Shown: positions 29,752 through 39,565, counted from the first letter of the stretch. The stretch is DNA of 58,013 nt from Anaerolineae bacterium (GCA_016934195.1 JAFGTJ010000030.1:1-58013), one strand, 5' to 3'. Notes: generated from the letters alone by a model not told the origin. Numbers and translations: made by a program.

Positions 29752-32700
29752 TCACTCTGTCGTTTGAGCAAGCGCGCCGATCAAGGACGATAATCGCTGC
29801 GCCAAAACCATCAGCAGGAAAAACACAAATGCCAGGTTGATCCCGAAGTAGCCCACATCGACCAACCCATGCACCAACAGGTCGATCATGCTGCCCGCCG
29901 CGCCCAATACCAACGCCAGCAGCAGCGGATCGGATCCCGTCACTCGTCGCCGCGCGCGCCACAGCATCGACCAGAACACACCCTGAAACGACGCCAGCGC
30001 CAGCACACCCAGAATCCCCAGGTTGACCCAGTGATTGAGCACAATGGTATGCGGGATCGAGAGATTCGGCTCCTCCCAGGCTTCGGGCAGCAGGTAACGG
30101 CTGCGATACCAGTAAAGGAACTGGTCCGGTCCCGCGCCGGTCAAGGGCCGTTCGCGGATCAGGTTGACCGAGCTATACCACAAATGCCGCCGGAAAATGG
30201 CCGTATCGCCGCCGGGATCGGACAGGCGCGGCAGCACAAACGACAGCACCACAATCATTGCCGCCGTCGCCACCAGCGCCAGCAGGACCGGCCTGACTGC
30301 GCGGCGTCCGCGCCACCAGACCAGCACCCCGATCAGCGCAGTGGGCAGTCCCAACATGATTGCGCCCCGGCTCTGGCTGAGCAGTACCGCCAGCAGCATC
30401 ACCGCACCGCTGACCGCACCATACGCCCACCGCCACGATCCACGCGGCAGCAGGAGCACATACGCCAGCGCAAACGGCAGACACCGGCCCAGGTACAACC
30501 CAACGCCGTTGGGCGACCCGTAAACGCTCATCAGCCGCCGCCCGCCCTCTTCGACTTCGACCACCGACTCCCCGGTGACGAACCTCACGAGGCCCACCAC
30601 CGCAATCGTACCGCCGGTAAACAACAGCGTATCCACCAACCAGACCAGATCACGCCGTTCCAACCGCATCAGGCGCACCAGGAAATAAAACGCGGCGGGT
30701 TCCAGGATCACAACGCGCAGGTCGCGCACCGCTTGCGGCCAAAATTCCACCCAGGACAGCGACACAATTCCCAGGATGGCAAACGCCAGCACCAGCCAAT
30801 CCAACGGCAGCAGGCGAATTGGGGCGTGTTGGGGCGGGGAAGCATCTGAATCCTGGCGCGTTTTGGCCCAGCCCACCAGTGCGCGGGCGATCAGAGCCGC
30901 AACCGTCAGTCCAAAATACACTTCTACCGTCGCAAACAGACCGACCAGCAGGTCCAGCGTGGACTGGAAAAACGCCGACCAGAAAATCACCAGCATCACG
31001 CCCAGGAGCGGGCGGTTGTAAATCAGCACAAACATGAAGACCAATACCACCAGCGTAAACAACGCGACCGGCGACAACGAAGCCAATCCCGCCGTGAGAA
31101 TCGTCACCACCAGCGCGGGCGGATCGCGCCGCAGCAGCGACGGGATTGTCTCGCTCCAGGTGATCAACGCGCCGAACAAGACCAACAGCGACGCGACCAG
31201 GCTCAAGGCCCATTCGACCATCTGCCGGATTGTAGGCGCGGACGGAGCCTTAAAATTCCGCCAGGGAGCGCGTATCGCCGTAATCGCCGCTCCCAGCAGC
31301 GACAAGGCGCCGATCACGCCGCACAGGATCAGCGCCCGGTCATAACGCCCGGTATCCGGCGGCGCAGCGACAGCATAACCAGCCACCGGCCAGCGCGCAT
31401 CCCCTTCGGTGGGCCGGTACACAATCTCGACGGTATGTATACCGTCGGGCAGATCGCGGGCGATAGTAATCAGGCTGGTTTCCGGCTGGCGATCCGGCGA
31501 CGTCAGCAGAATGGCCGTTTCCCCCTGGCGATTGCGCGGTAAAGCGTTGGCCGGATCGCCGTCTACCGTGACGTGCAGATACGCGAGATAATCCCCCCGA
31601 CGCACCGGCAGGGCAAATTCGGTACCCTGAAACTGGACGGTGATCCGGTTTTCGATGCTGGTTAAATCAGCTCCCGGCGGAATAATGGCGTCCGCGCCGT
31701 AATCGCGAAACCGCCAGTTCTCGGAATACACGGTAAACGGATTCTGCGGCGGGTGCAGGCCGGGAATTAAAGCCGTCTCATCGACCAGGGGACCGTTAAC
31801 CAGCCATTCGTCAATACGGGGCGCGAGAGCAAATCCCTGAACCGGGTCATCGGGCGGGGCGTCCGGGTCCCAATGCTGCACGATCAGCCCGCCGACCCAG
31901 GGCCATTCACGCGCGGCGCGGGCATACGCTTCGCGGGTATAGGTTTCCTGCTGCGCGGCGGACGCGCTGCCCCAGATCGAGGGTGGGCCGATCCAGTCGC
32001 CGGGAAGGTGGTTCCAGCCGAAGTTACTGCCCCACAGCGGTTTGGTGCCGTCGCCGCGCCGCATCATTTCCTCGCGCAGCAGAATCAGCCGCGAAAAATT
32101 CAACAGGTCAGCGTCCACCCGGCGGTCGGTTGGGCTGAACTCAAAGCCATACGGTTTCCCGGCGGCAGCGTCAAAATACCCCTGCCCGCCCAGGTCGTAG
32201 ATCGCGCGCAGAAACAACAGATCGCTTAGATTCTCCGGCCCGGTTTCGACCGTTGGAGCCAACGCCGCCACGATCACGCTGGCATCGGGATCGGCGTTGT
32301 GAATGGCGTCATACGCGCCGCGCAGCATGGCGACATAGTGAGCCGGTTCGGGGTCCAGGTTGCCCCAGTGCGTTTTGATATTCGGTTCGTCCCATATTTG
32401 ATAGTAGGTGATCGTGTCGGCGTAACGATCCGCGAGTGTTCCGGCAAACCGGGCATACTCGCCCACGCTGACCGGAGGCGCGAAGGGATGTTCCGGCGCA
32501 AACGAATCGCGCGCCCAGGCGGGCGTGCCGTCCAGCACGGCGACCAGTTGCAGCGAGTCGTGCTCCGCCACTGCCCCGACCAGCGCGTCATACGCGGCCC
32601 ACTCAAACCGGCCCGGTTCCGGTTCGATGTTCTGCCACAAAAACGACTGGCGCACCCAGGTAAACCCTGCCGCCGCGATGTGATCCAGTTCGACGGTGAG

Positions 32701-32910
32701 GTCGTCCGGCGTATATTGCAGCAGATCGACGTTGACGCCCGCCAGCGGCAGCCGGGATGGAACGTCCAGCGTGCCGGTCGCGTTTTCCCACCCGCGCGTT
32801 TCAAACGCACGCTGATCCAGTGTGACCAGCGCCCCGACTCCGCTGCCTGCTGCCAGCGCGATACAGACCAGCAACAACAACCATGTTTTATTCATCATAT
32901 GCCCGATCAT
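29752..32910 (-). CDS. fusion protein: signal anchor + clan GH-A-like glycoside hydrolase domain + beta-sandwich region + multi-TM O-antigen-ligase-like domain
   Basis: FTWVRQSFLWQNIEPEPGRFEWAAYD and YYQIWDEPN (acid/base Glu motif of TIM-barrel GH-A enzymes). More than 12 TM helices follow, with LSQSRGAIMLGLP (Wzy_C-like). Start set at the ATG at 32908-32910, which forms ATGA with the upstream stop. The track's 28-aa N-terminal extension is rejected. Confidence 0.8.
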   Translation of the reverse strand: MIGHMMNKTWLLLLVCIALAAGSGVGALVTLDQRAFETRGWENATGTLDVPSRLPLAGVNVDLLQYTPDDLTVELDHIAAAGFTWVRQSFLWQNIEPEPGRFEWAAYDALVGAVAEHDSLQLVAVLDGTPAWARDSFAPEHPFAPPVSVGEYARFAGTLADRYADTITYYQIWDEPNIKTHWGNLDPEPAHYVAMLRGAYDAIHNADPDASVIVAALAPTVETGPENLSDLLFLRAIYDLGGQGYFDAAAGKPYGFEFSPTDRRVDADLLNFSRLILLREEMMRRGDGTKPLWGSNFGWNHLPGDWIGPPSIWGSASAAQQETYTREAYARAAREWPWVGGLIVQHWDPDAPPDDPVQGFALAPRIDEWLVNGPLVDETALIPGLHPPQNPFTVYSENWRFRDYGADAIIPPGADLTSIENRITVQFQGTEFALPVRRGDYLAYLHVTVDGDPANALPRNRQGETAILLTSPDRQPETSLITIARDLPDGIHTVEIVYRPTEGDARWPVAGYAVAAPPDTGRYDRALILCGVIGALSLLGAAITAIRAPWRNFKAPSAPTIRQMVEWALSLVASLLVLFGALITWSETIPSLLRRDPPALVVTILTAGLASLSPVALFTLVVLVFMFVLIYNRPLLGVMLVIFWSAFFQSTLDLLVGLFATVEVYFGLTVAALIARALVGWAKTRQDSDASPPQHAPIRLLPLDWLVLAFAILGIVSLSWVEFWPQAVRDLRVVILEPAAFYFLVRLMRLERRDLVWLVDTLLFTGGTIAVVGLVRFVTGESVVEVEEGGRRLMSVYGSPNGVGLYLGRCLPFALAYVLLLPRGSWRWAYGAVSGAVMLLAVLLSQSRGAIMLGLPTALIGVLVWWRGRRAVRPVLLALVATAAMIVVLSFVLPRLSDPGGDTAIFRRHLWYSSVNLIRERPLTGAGPDQFLYWYRSRYLLPEAWEEPNLSIPHTIVLNHWVNLGILGVLALASFQGVFWSMLWRARRRVTGSDPLLLALVLGAAGSMIDLLVHGLVDVGYFGINLAFVFFLLMVLAQRLSSLIGALAQTTE

Positions 32911-34577
32911 CGAACGCCCGCCCACCGGGGCCGCGAAGCCTGCCCATCGGTCGTGATCTGGTAGGCAAGCTCGGTGTCTATATCTACCACCCACAAATTA
33001 CCCTGGTGAATCAGAGCGATCTGGCGGGCATTCGGACTCCAGGCGATACCGTCTTCCGGGTCAGGAAGCCGCAAACCGGGTCGTCCCGATCCGGGGAAAA
33101 CGACCCGCGCGTTGCTGCCGTCCCGATCCATCACCACCAGATCGTACTCCGTGCCGGGACTGTTGAGCGGTTCACGCGCCTGAAAATACGCAATGGAATA
33201 GGTCGGCTCACCATCCGGCCCGGCGATAACCGGTGAATAGACCGGGTTAGCCCAGATACCGGTTTGAGGCACGAAGTCCGTCAACTGCAACCCGCTCTCC
33301 ACATCGATCACGCCCAGGTTAAACACGATGCTGTATTCCGGTCCCTCGTCGCCATACGGCGCACCGTGTACGGTCGTGATCAGGTGCCCGTCCGCAGACC
33401 AGGACAGCGTCGGCACCCATACCGAACTGCCCTGGTAACGTTCCAGAAATGGCGCGTACTCGCGGAAACTCAGCAGCGTGACAAACTGCTCATCCATGTC
33501 GTTCGCTTCCAAATCGACCAATCCCACGCCGTCCGCGTTGGCCCACGCCAACCGGGTCCCATCTGGCGACCACACAAAACGCCGTCCCCAGTAAGCGTAA
33601 GCGCCCAGGGCGTTGGAATCGACCACTTCGTCCGGCACACCCAACCCGCTGCCCGTTTGCGGATCGAGCCGCATCAGGTAAACGTCGTTGTACGCCTGCC
33701 AGCCCCCGTCCTGCTGAGGCGTGGCGGTCGAATAACTGACGGTATAGGACTGCTGGGCTGCGACCCACTGCGCGACCCGCACATCTTCCGGCACCAGTTG
33801 GACCGGTTGTGGCCTATCGACCGTCGTGTTGAGAATCGCCCACAACTCGTTGGCAAAATCAGGATCGGTATCATCCGGCGTGCGGACGGTGTATAACAAC
33901 CGGCGGCCATCCGGCGAGAGATCAAACACCCGGCCATCCAGAAACACGCCTTGCGTCAAAGGGCTGAGATTAACCGTATTGCCGCGAATAATGAACGCCT
34001 GTCCACTCGACAGATAAGCCAGCGTACCCTCAATGGCGATCATGGTGTCCGGCGGTTCGCTGCCCACATAAAGAATTTCCGGGCGCGGCTCCTTGATCGG
34101 AAAGCGGCTGATCTCCACCCGACTGACTTCAATACCATCTTTCTCGGTAATCCGGTAGCAAATCTGCTCAATGCCATTTTCGCCGGTTTGCGCGACCTCG
34201 GTTTCACCGGTCGGCAACTGTTGGGTTAGCTGGCGCTCGGTCGGATACGGCGTATCCTCCTGCTTGCATTCCTCGCGGGCAACCACGCGCGTCACCGTGA
34301 TCCGCATCCCGTCCCTGATCTGAGTCTGGATCAGGGGATTCACTTCGTCATCCGGCCCTAACTGCACCCCGATCTCGTCAAGAAACTGCCCGACCGAGAT
34401 GCGCCGGGGGTAATGATAAACCAGCTTGTCGCCATCCACGTCTACCGTGATCGTCAAATCACCGGAGCCGGTGCTGTCATCCTGGCACGCGCTCAATAGC
34501 GCCAACAACACCAATCCGAGCAGCAACCACACGTTATACTTATGTCTTGATCTATATCCTGATCGATCTTTTGGCAT
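32907..34577 (-). CDS. lipoprotein with DUF348-like + G5 domains and a TolB/PD40-like beta-propeller
   Basis: Lipobox LLSAC. ITVDVDGDKLVYHY...GMRITVTRV is DUF348-like. EDTPYPTERQLTQQLPTGETEVAQTGENGIEQICYRITEKDGIEVSR is G5-like. Repeated WSPDG/WSADG/WSPNA motifs indicate PD40 blades. Confidence 0.8.
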   Translation of the reverse strand: MPKDRSGYRSRHKYNVWLLLGLVLLALLSACQDDSTGSGDLTITVDVDGDKLVYHYPRRISVGQFLDEIGVQLGPDDEVNPLIQTQIRDGMRITVTRVVAREECKQEDTPYPTERQLTQQLPTGETEVAQTGENGIEQICYRITEKDGIEVSRVEISRFPIKEPRPEILYVGSEPPDTMIAIEGTLAYLSSGQAFIIRGNTVNLSPLTQGVFLDGRVFDLSPDGRRLLYTVRTPDDTDPDFANELWAILNTTVDRPQPVQLVPEDVRVAQWVAAQQSYTVSYSTATPQQDGGWQAYNDVYLMRLDPQTGSGLGVPDEVVDSNALGAYAYWGRRFVWSPDGTRLAWANADGVGLVDLEANDMDEQFVTLLSFREYAPFLERYQGSSVWVPTLSWSADGHLITTVHGAPYGDEGPEYSIVFNLGVIDVESGLQLTDFVPQTGIWANPVYSPVIAGPDGEPTYSIAYFQAREPLNSPGTEYDLVVMDRDGSNARVVFPGSGRPGLRLPDPEDGIAWSPNARQIALIHQGNLWVVDIDTELAYQITTDGQASRPRWAGVR

Positions 34578-34627
34578 TAGAATCTCTCGTCATCGCAACC
34601 AAACCGGCCCAAAAATGTTTTACAATT

Positions 34628-35344
34628 ATGGCACACGCTCTGCAATCTGATCGAAAAAGGGTGGGCACTGTGTTTGATAACCAAACAATCGCTTATATAA
34701 CTACACTGCCTGAAGTCGAAACCGCGCGGCTGCCAAAGGGGGCGCTGTTCCTGGCAAACGGGCGAATCTACCAGGTGACGGAAACGGGCACCGGCGGATA
34801 TCACAAGGCGCGCGAATGGCGGCAAACCGAAACAACCGAAGTTGCGCTCGTACCGGGGTCCATTCCCAGCAAACATTTACCCCTGGTCCGGCGGGGTAAA
34901 ATCCTGCCGGTGTACCGTTCGCGGCTGGAACTGACGGATACCGATACCGATCAGGCGACCTGTTTTGTCTTTCCGACGGAAGGTCTGGCGCTGGATGCGG
35001 CCTATCTCGACGTGGCCCTGATCCAGAGTTCCGGCGCATACGTGCGCAACCAGGGGCACGATCCGGCCTTTGCCGTGACGGACGGTGTTCACATTTTCCG
35101 GCTGTACTACTACCGGCAGTCCGCGGGGGGACGCCGCGCCGATCTATCCAGCCTGCGGGCGCGACCACTCTCCTTCAGGCCAAAACTGCACACCGATGGC
35201 CCGGACTACTGGCGGCTGCTGCCCAGTTGGACCGAAATTATCCCGCACGCTGACGTAACACAGCAAATGCGGGCCATCGAGCCACCATTCACGGGTGACG
35301 AAACCGTGCCACATATGCCGATCCCGCCTATTGACACCGAATAA
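34628..35344 (+). CDS. hypothetical protein
   Basis: ORF with a strong downstream terminator. Start uncertain: I prefer the ATG at 34628 to the track's 34547. No domain recognised. Confidence 0.5.
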   Translation: MAHALQSDRKRVGTVFDNQTIAYITTLPEVETARLPKGALFLANGRIYQVTETGTGGYHKAREWRQTETTEVALVPGSIPSKHLPLVRRGKILPVYRSRLELTDTDTDQATCFVFPTEGLALDAAYLDVALIQSSGAYVRNQGHDPAFAVTDGVHIFRLYYYRQSAGGRRADLSSLRARPLSFRPKLHTDGPDYWRLLPSWTEIIPHADVTQQMRAIEPPFTGDETVPHMPIPPIDTE

Positions 35345-35369
35345 CACGGAAACATCGCGCAATCAGTGA

Positions 35370-35407
35370 ACGCCCCTGGCCTGAATACTGCCAGGGGCGT
35401 CTGTTTT
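35370..35407 (+). terminator. rho-independent terminator
   Basis: 11-bp perfect stem ACGCCCCTGGC (35370-35380) / GCCAGGGGCGT (35390-35400), a 9-nt loop, then CTGTTTT. Confidence 0.7.
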
Positions 35408-35438
35408 ATGGTAACACTACAACGCTTCTACAGCACGG

Positions 35439-38400
35439 CTACGGAATACCTGCCGCCTGCCGCACGGCTTGAAGCGTCTGAAGCGCGGTCAGATTACGGA
35501 CATTGGCCCCAAAGCTGAGCGCCGCGTCGGTCAAGTTGCCGGCTCCTTGCGGCGCAACGCCGTTCGGGTCGGTGACGCCCCGTTCCTGCATGGCGCGCCA
35601 CAGGTTCCACAGCGGGATACCCGCTACACCGGACTGTGACGCCACCTCAACGATTACCTGATTGTAGGGCGACAACTGCTCGGTCGAGTAACCGTTGCCC
35701 GACGGGATGGTCGCCAGCACCGGGATCACGCCGTAGGTACTCATGCTCTCGGCTACCAGGGATTGCAGAAGGCTGCGGAACTGGTCCGGCTGCATGTAAA
35801 CCACGTTGGGCGCGGTGAAACCGATCAGCGCGATGCCGGGCCGCGTAACCATAAACTCACACCCGATCATTGTCCCGCCGGGAACCGCGTCACAGGGCGG
35901 GCCTGCCGGGGCCGGGCCGGAAAGGGTATCCAGGCCGTAGTTTGGTCCGGCGGCGGCACTGTCCGCGTTGAGGCTGGTCGTCGTCCCATCCGGGCGAACC
36001 GGAACTGCGCGGTAAGCGTCAATCACGGATTGGAGCGTCCCGAAGCTGCCCAGGTCGTAACTGCCACCCTCGGCAAACGGCATCATGAAGTTGGGGATAT
36101 CCATCGAGTCATCGCCCACTTTGGCAAACGCGCCCGCCTGGTTGCCGAAATTGGTCACGCCGCTCTGGAACAACTGCGCCAGGGATGCGGCCATGTCGGG
36201 CGGAATAGCGGGCACAACCGGGTAGACCATCAGGTCAAAGGACGGCGGCGCGCTGGACACTGTGACCGCGAACGTCACGGTCACAATACCGCCTTTGGCA
36301 TCGTCCGCCGTTACGTCCACATTGGTCACACCGGCTCCGACGGCATCCAATACGATTGTGTCGGTGCCAATCGCGGAAGCCACCACGATTCCGGCATTCT
36401 GAGAGAGCGCCGTCACCACCACCGGATCGCCGTCGGGATCGCTCACCAGAATGGCAATCGAAGCGCTCTGACCTGCCGGGATTGTCTGGTCGGCGATAGG
36501 CTGGATCGACGGCGGGTTATTGACACCCGTAACCGTCACGACGAAAACAACGGACGCCGCCCCGCCCCGACCATCGCTGGCATCTACCGTCACGTTGGCC
36601 TGACCGGGCACCACGCCGGTTACAACCACTTCGGCAGGACCGTTAGCAACTGCCGTCACCACACCGGGGTTATCCGATACCGCCATCAGCGTGATCGGAT
36701 CACCATCGGGATCACTGGCCGCAATGGGAACGCTCAATTTCGCGCTCGCCGCCACCGATTGATTGACCACCGGTTGAATCACGGGGTTGGAATTGGGCGC
36801 GTTGACGGTTACACCAAACTGTACGCTCACCGCCGGGTTCACGCCGTCACTCACGCTCAGAGTCACGGTCGCTGCGCCGCCGCTGTTGGCAACCAGTTGG
36901 ATCGTACCGGGCGCGATCACGCTGGCCGCCACAATCCCGCCATTGTCCGACGTTACGACCGCATTCAAGGGATTGTTTTCGGGATCGGAGGCCGTGTAGC
37001 CCACATTGATGGTGTCGCCCACATTCATTACTTGTGGCCCAATAGGATCGACCGTTGGCGGATTATTGGGCGAGTTGACGGTTACGCCAAACTGTACGCT
37101 CACCGCCGGATTGATACCATCATTCACGCTCAACGTGACGGTTGCCGCGCCGCCGCCGCTGGCGATCAGTTGAATCGTGCCGGGGGCGATCACGCTGGCC
37201 GCCACAATCCCGCCATTGTCCGACGTTACGACCGCGTTTAAGGGATCGTTTTCGGGATCGGAGGCCGTGTAGCCCACATTGATGGTGTCGCCCACGTTCA
37301 TCACCTGCGGCGAGATGGGATCGAGCGTCGGGGGCGCGTTAACAGCGGTGACTTCAACGCTAAGCACCTGGGTGACGGCGGGGCTATTACCATCCGATAC
37401 GCTCAGCGTAACCGAGGTTACACCCTGGCCGTTCGCTACCAACTGGATCACACCGGGCGCAGTCACATCAGCCGCGACAATCCCGGTATCGGCAGACGTC
37501 GCGACCGCTGTCAACGGATCGTTTTCGGGATCAACGGCGTTATAAGCAACATCGCGCGCTTCACCCACGTTCATCGTAACCGGGAACAGGGTATCCACTA
37601 CCGGCGGCTGGTTGATCGCGGCCACCGAAACGGTAAATGACACGCTCACCGCCGGGTTCGCGCCGTCGTCTATACTGAGCGCGACCGTTGCCGTGCCTGC
37701 GCCATTCGCCACCAGGCCAATCTTACCCGGCTCGGCTACGCTGGCGGATACCACGCTGCCGTTGTCAGACGATACGACCGCATTCAGGGGATCATTGTCA
37801 GAATCAACCGCGTTATACAACACGTCGCGCATCTCACCGACACTCATCGTCTGCGGTCCGATAGCATCCACCGTCGGGGGCTGGTTGCCCACCGTTACTT
37901 TGATGCTGAACGTCACCAGCACAGGATCATTTACACTGTCCGTCACGCTCAGAGTCACGGTCGCGGTGCCCTCGGCATTTGCCACGACCCGGATCACGCC
38001 TGACCCGATCACCGAGGCAGCGGCTACGCTTTCGGTATCGGAACTGGCCGATGCGCTCAGGGTATCACCGTCGGGATCAACGGCGATATACAGCACGTCT
38101 ACCGTTTCGCCAACCGTTAAGGACTGCGACGGAAGTGGATCAACGGTCGGCGGCTTATTAACCGCGCCAACATCCACCTGGAAGGCCGTGTTAACCTGCC
38201 CGCCCCGGCCATCGCTGACCGTAATCGTGACGTTGGCCGAACCAACCTGCACGCCGGTCAGACGGACGGCGCTCGTACTGGGCGCGCTGGCAGTCAGGAT
38301 CGCCGCGTCGCTGGTTTGGGCCGTCACTGTGATCGGATCGCCGTCAGGATCAACCGCGGCAATGGCGATATCCTTCGTTTCGCCCACACCAACCGCCTGC

Positions 38401-39374
38401 GCCAATAACGGGCTGATGGTCGGGGCGTGATTTTGGCCCCGGACAGTCACAATAAAGGCCGTGCTGATCAGGCCCGCCCGATTATCCGTTGCCGTGACCG
38501 TGATAACCGTAGTGCCCGCCGTCACGCCGGTTACACGGATACGCGAGGTGCTCACCACTGTCGGGACGGCAATCGCATCACTGTTCGAGGCTACGAACAG
38601 ATTCACCGGGTCGCCATCGGGATCGGTGACGGTCACGTTCACATCGAGGGACTGCCCGGCATCTAGCTCTTGGCTGGGAATCGGGCTAATCACGGGGGAA
38701 CGATTGGGTCGCGGCGTGGGTGTCAGCGAGGGAACGGCGGTAGGAGTCGTGTTCGACACGGTAATGCCCGACACGATAGCAAACGTCTCTGTCCCATCAT
38801 TGAGCCAGACATGCAGCCGAATCTGGTAAGCACCATCGGGCGATAACAACGTGTTCCACGCGCCCAATGCGCCGTTGATCACGGTACGGCGCTGCGGGGC
38901 AATCAGGGGATACCATAGATTGCCCCCATTCGGGTGCGGCCCCCATTCCAGCGCATACTGCAAAAAGCGAGGATGGCTGGCGCTGCCCACAATGGTTTGA
39001 TACCCCGCGATCTGGCTGTTATTTGCCGGATACGAAATCCGCACGTCATAGGGGTACGACGTGGCAATTACCGGCGTCCAGGTCGGAAACGGCGTAAAGG
39101 TCGGATTCAAGACAACCTGCTGAGTCGCCGCTGGCGGAGGCTGAAATCCTCCCGCTGGTGTCCAGGTCGGAAACGGCGAAAAGGGCGTAAAGGTTGGAAT
39201 AGGGGTGCGAGTCAGGGGCGGTGTGATAGTGGCCGCGACGGTGGGTTGCGAATCAGCATCCGTATTTTTGTTATCGTCCCCACCGCCCAGGCTGCACGCA
39301 ACGCCCGCAAACAGGAGCATTGCCAGCACCAACCCTAAGCGGAGCAAGGTAGAGCGTCGGTAGAGTGTCATCAT
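35439..39374 (-). CDS. 1311-aa secreted lipoprotein with nine tandem Ig/cadherin-like repeats (adhesin/S-layer-like)
   Basis: Signal peptide plus lipobox (FAGVAC). Pro/Thr-rich linker with duplicated TFTPFPTWTP. A beta-sandwich-like N-domain. Nine ~91-95-aa repeats each contain a DP(D/E)(G/N)DP motif. About 270 aa at the C-terminus are unassigned. Confidence 0.85.
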   Translation of the reverse strand: MMTLYRRSTLLRLGLVLAMLLFAGVACSLGGGDDNKNTDADSQPTVAATITPPLTRTPIPTFTPFSPFPTWTPAGGFQPPPAATQQVVLNPTFTPFPTWTPVIATSYPYDVRISYPANNSQIAGYQTIVGSASHPRFLQYALEWGPHPNGGNLWYPLIAPQRRTVINGALGAWNTLLSPDGAYQIRLHVWLNDGTETFAIVSGITVSNTTPTAVPSLTPTPRPNRSPVISPIPSQELDAGQSLDVNVTVTDPDGDPVNLFVASNSDAIAVPTVVSTSRIRVTGVTAGTTVITVTATDNRAGLISTAFIVTVRGQNHAPTISPLLAQAVGVGETKDIAIAAVDPDGDPITVTAQTSDAAILTASAPSTSAVRLTGVQVGSANVTITVSDGRGGQVNTAFQVDVGAVNKPPTVDPLPSQSLTVGETVDVLYIAVDPDGDTLSASASSDTESVAAASVIGSGVIRVVANAEGTATVTLSVTDSVNDPVLVTFSIKVTVGNQPPTVDAIGPQTMSVGEMRDVLYNAVDSDNDPLNAVVSSDNGSVVSASVAEPGKIGLVANGAGTATVALSIDDGANPAVSVSFTVSVAAINQPPVVDTLFPVTMNVGEARDVAYNAVDPENDPLTAVATSADTGIVAADVTAPGVIQLVANGQGVTSVTLSVSDGNSPAVTQVLSVEVTAVNAPPTLDPISPQVMNVGDTINVGYTASDPENDPLNAVVTSDNGGIVAASVIAPGTIQLIASGGGAATVTLSVNDGINPAVSVQFGVTVNSPNNPPTVDPIGPQVMNVGDTINVGYTASDPENNPLNAVVTSDNGGIVAASVIAPGTIQLVANSGGAATVTLSVSDGVNPAVSVQFGVTVNAPNSNPVIQPVVNQSVAASAKLSVPIAASDPDGDPITLMAVSDNPGVVTAVANGPAEVVVTGVVPGQANVTVDASDGRGGAASVVFVVTVTGVNNPPSIQPIADQTIPAGQSASIAILVSDPDGDPVVVTALSQNAGIVVASAIGTDTIVLDAVGAGVTNVDVTADDAKGGIVTVTFAVTVSSAPPSFDLMVYPVVPAIPPDMAASLAQLFQSGVTNFGNQAGAFAKVGDDSMDIPNFMMPFAEGGSYDLGSFGTLQSVIDAYRAVPVRPDGTTTSLNADSAAAGPNYGLDTLSGPAPAGPPCDAVPGGTMIGCEFMVTRPGIALIGFTAPNVVYMQPDQFRSLLQSLVAESMSTYGVIPVLATIPSGNGYSTEQLSPYNQVIVEVASQSGVAGIPLWNLWRAMQERGVTDPNGVAPQGAGNLTDAALSFGANVRNLTALQTLQAVRQAAGIP
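36250..38700 (-). repeat. coding tandem repeat array, 9 units of ~273-285 nt
   Basis: Repeat units begin (S/A/P)P(V/T)(I/V)(S/D)P... and end ...V(T/S)V. The periodicity is visible in the translation of 35439-39374. Confidence 0.8.
36789..37334 (-). repeat. two adjacent near-identical 273-nt copies within the repeat array
   Basis: Units 37062-37334 and 36789-37061 share long identical strings offset by exactly 273 nt. One example is CCACAATCCCGCCATTGTCCGACGTTACGACCGC at 36929 and 37202. Their proteins differ at only a handful of positions. Confidence 0.9.
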
Positions 39375-39511
39375 AACCTTCCATGCAGGGTATTGTGGGC
39401 GGAAATACCATAATTGTCCTCATTGTATACCTGATTGCTATACCCTTACAACGCGGCTAGCTGACGCTCGATACACGATTGCCCCATTACATCCGTATCG
39501 AAACCGAAAAC

Positions 39512-39538
39512 AAAAAAAACGGCGCGCACGCCGTTTTT
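39512..39538 (-). terminator. rho-independent (bidirectional-looking) terminator downstream of rpoB and the small ORF
   Basis: A8 run, stem CGGCG (39520-39524) / CGCCG (39529-39533), then T5. On the minus strand it reads as a stem followed by TTTTTTTT. Confidence 0.65.
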
Positions 39539-39565
39539 GTTACTCACGCCGGAAAACGAGCCTGA

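Noticed and set aside
36250-38700. Regular ~273-nt periodicity that could be mistaken for a CRISPR array, satellite array or DGR target
   Set aside because: The period is a multiple of 3 and lies fully inside one long ORF encoding Ig-like units. There are no short invariant repeats with unique spacers, no cas genes, and no reverse transcriptase or template repeat in the window.
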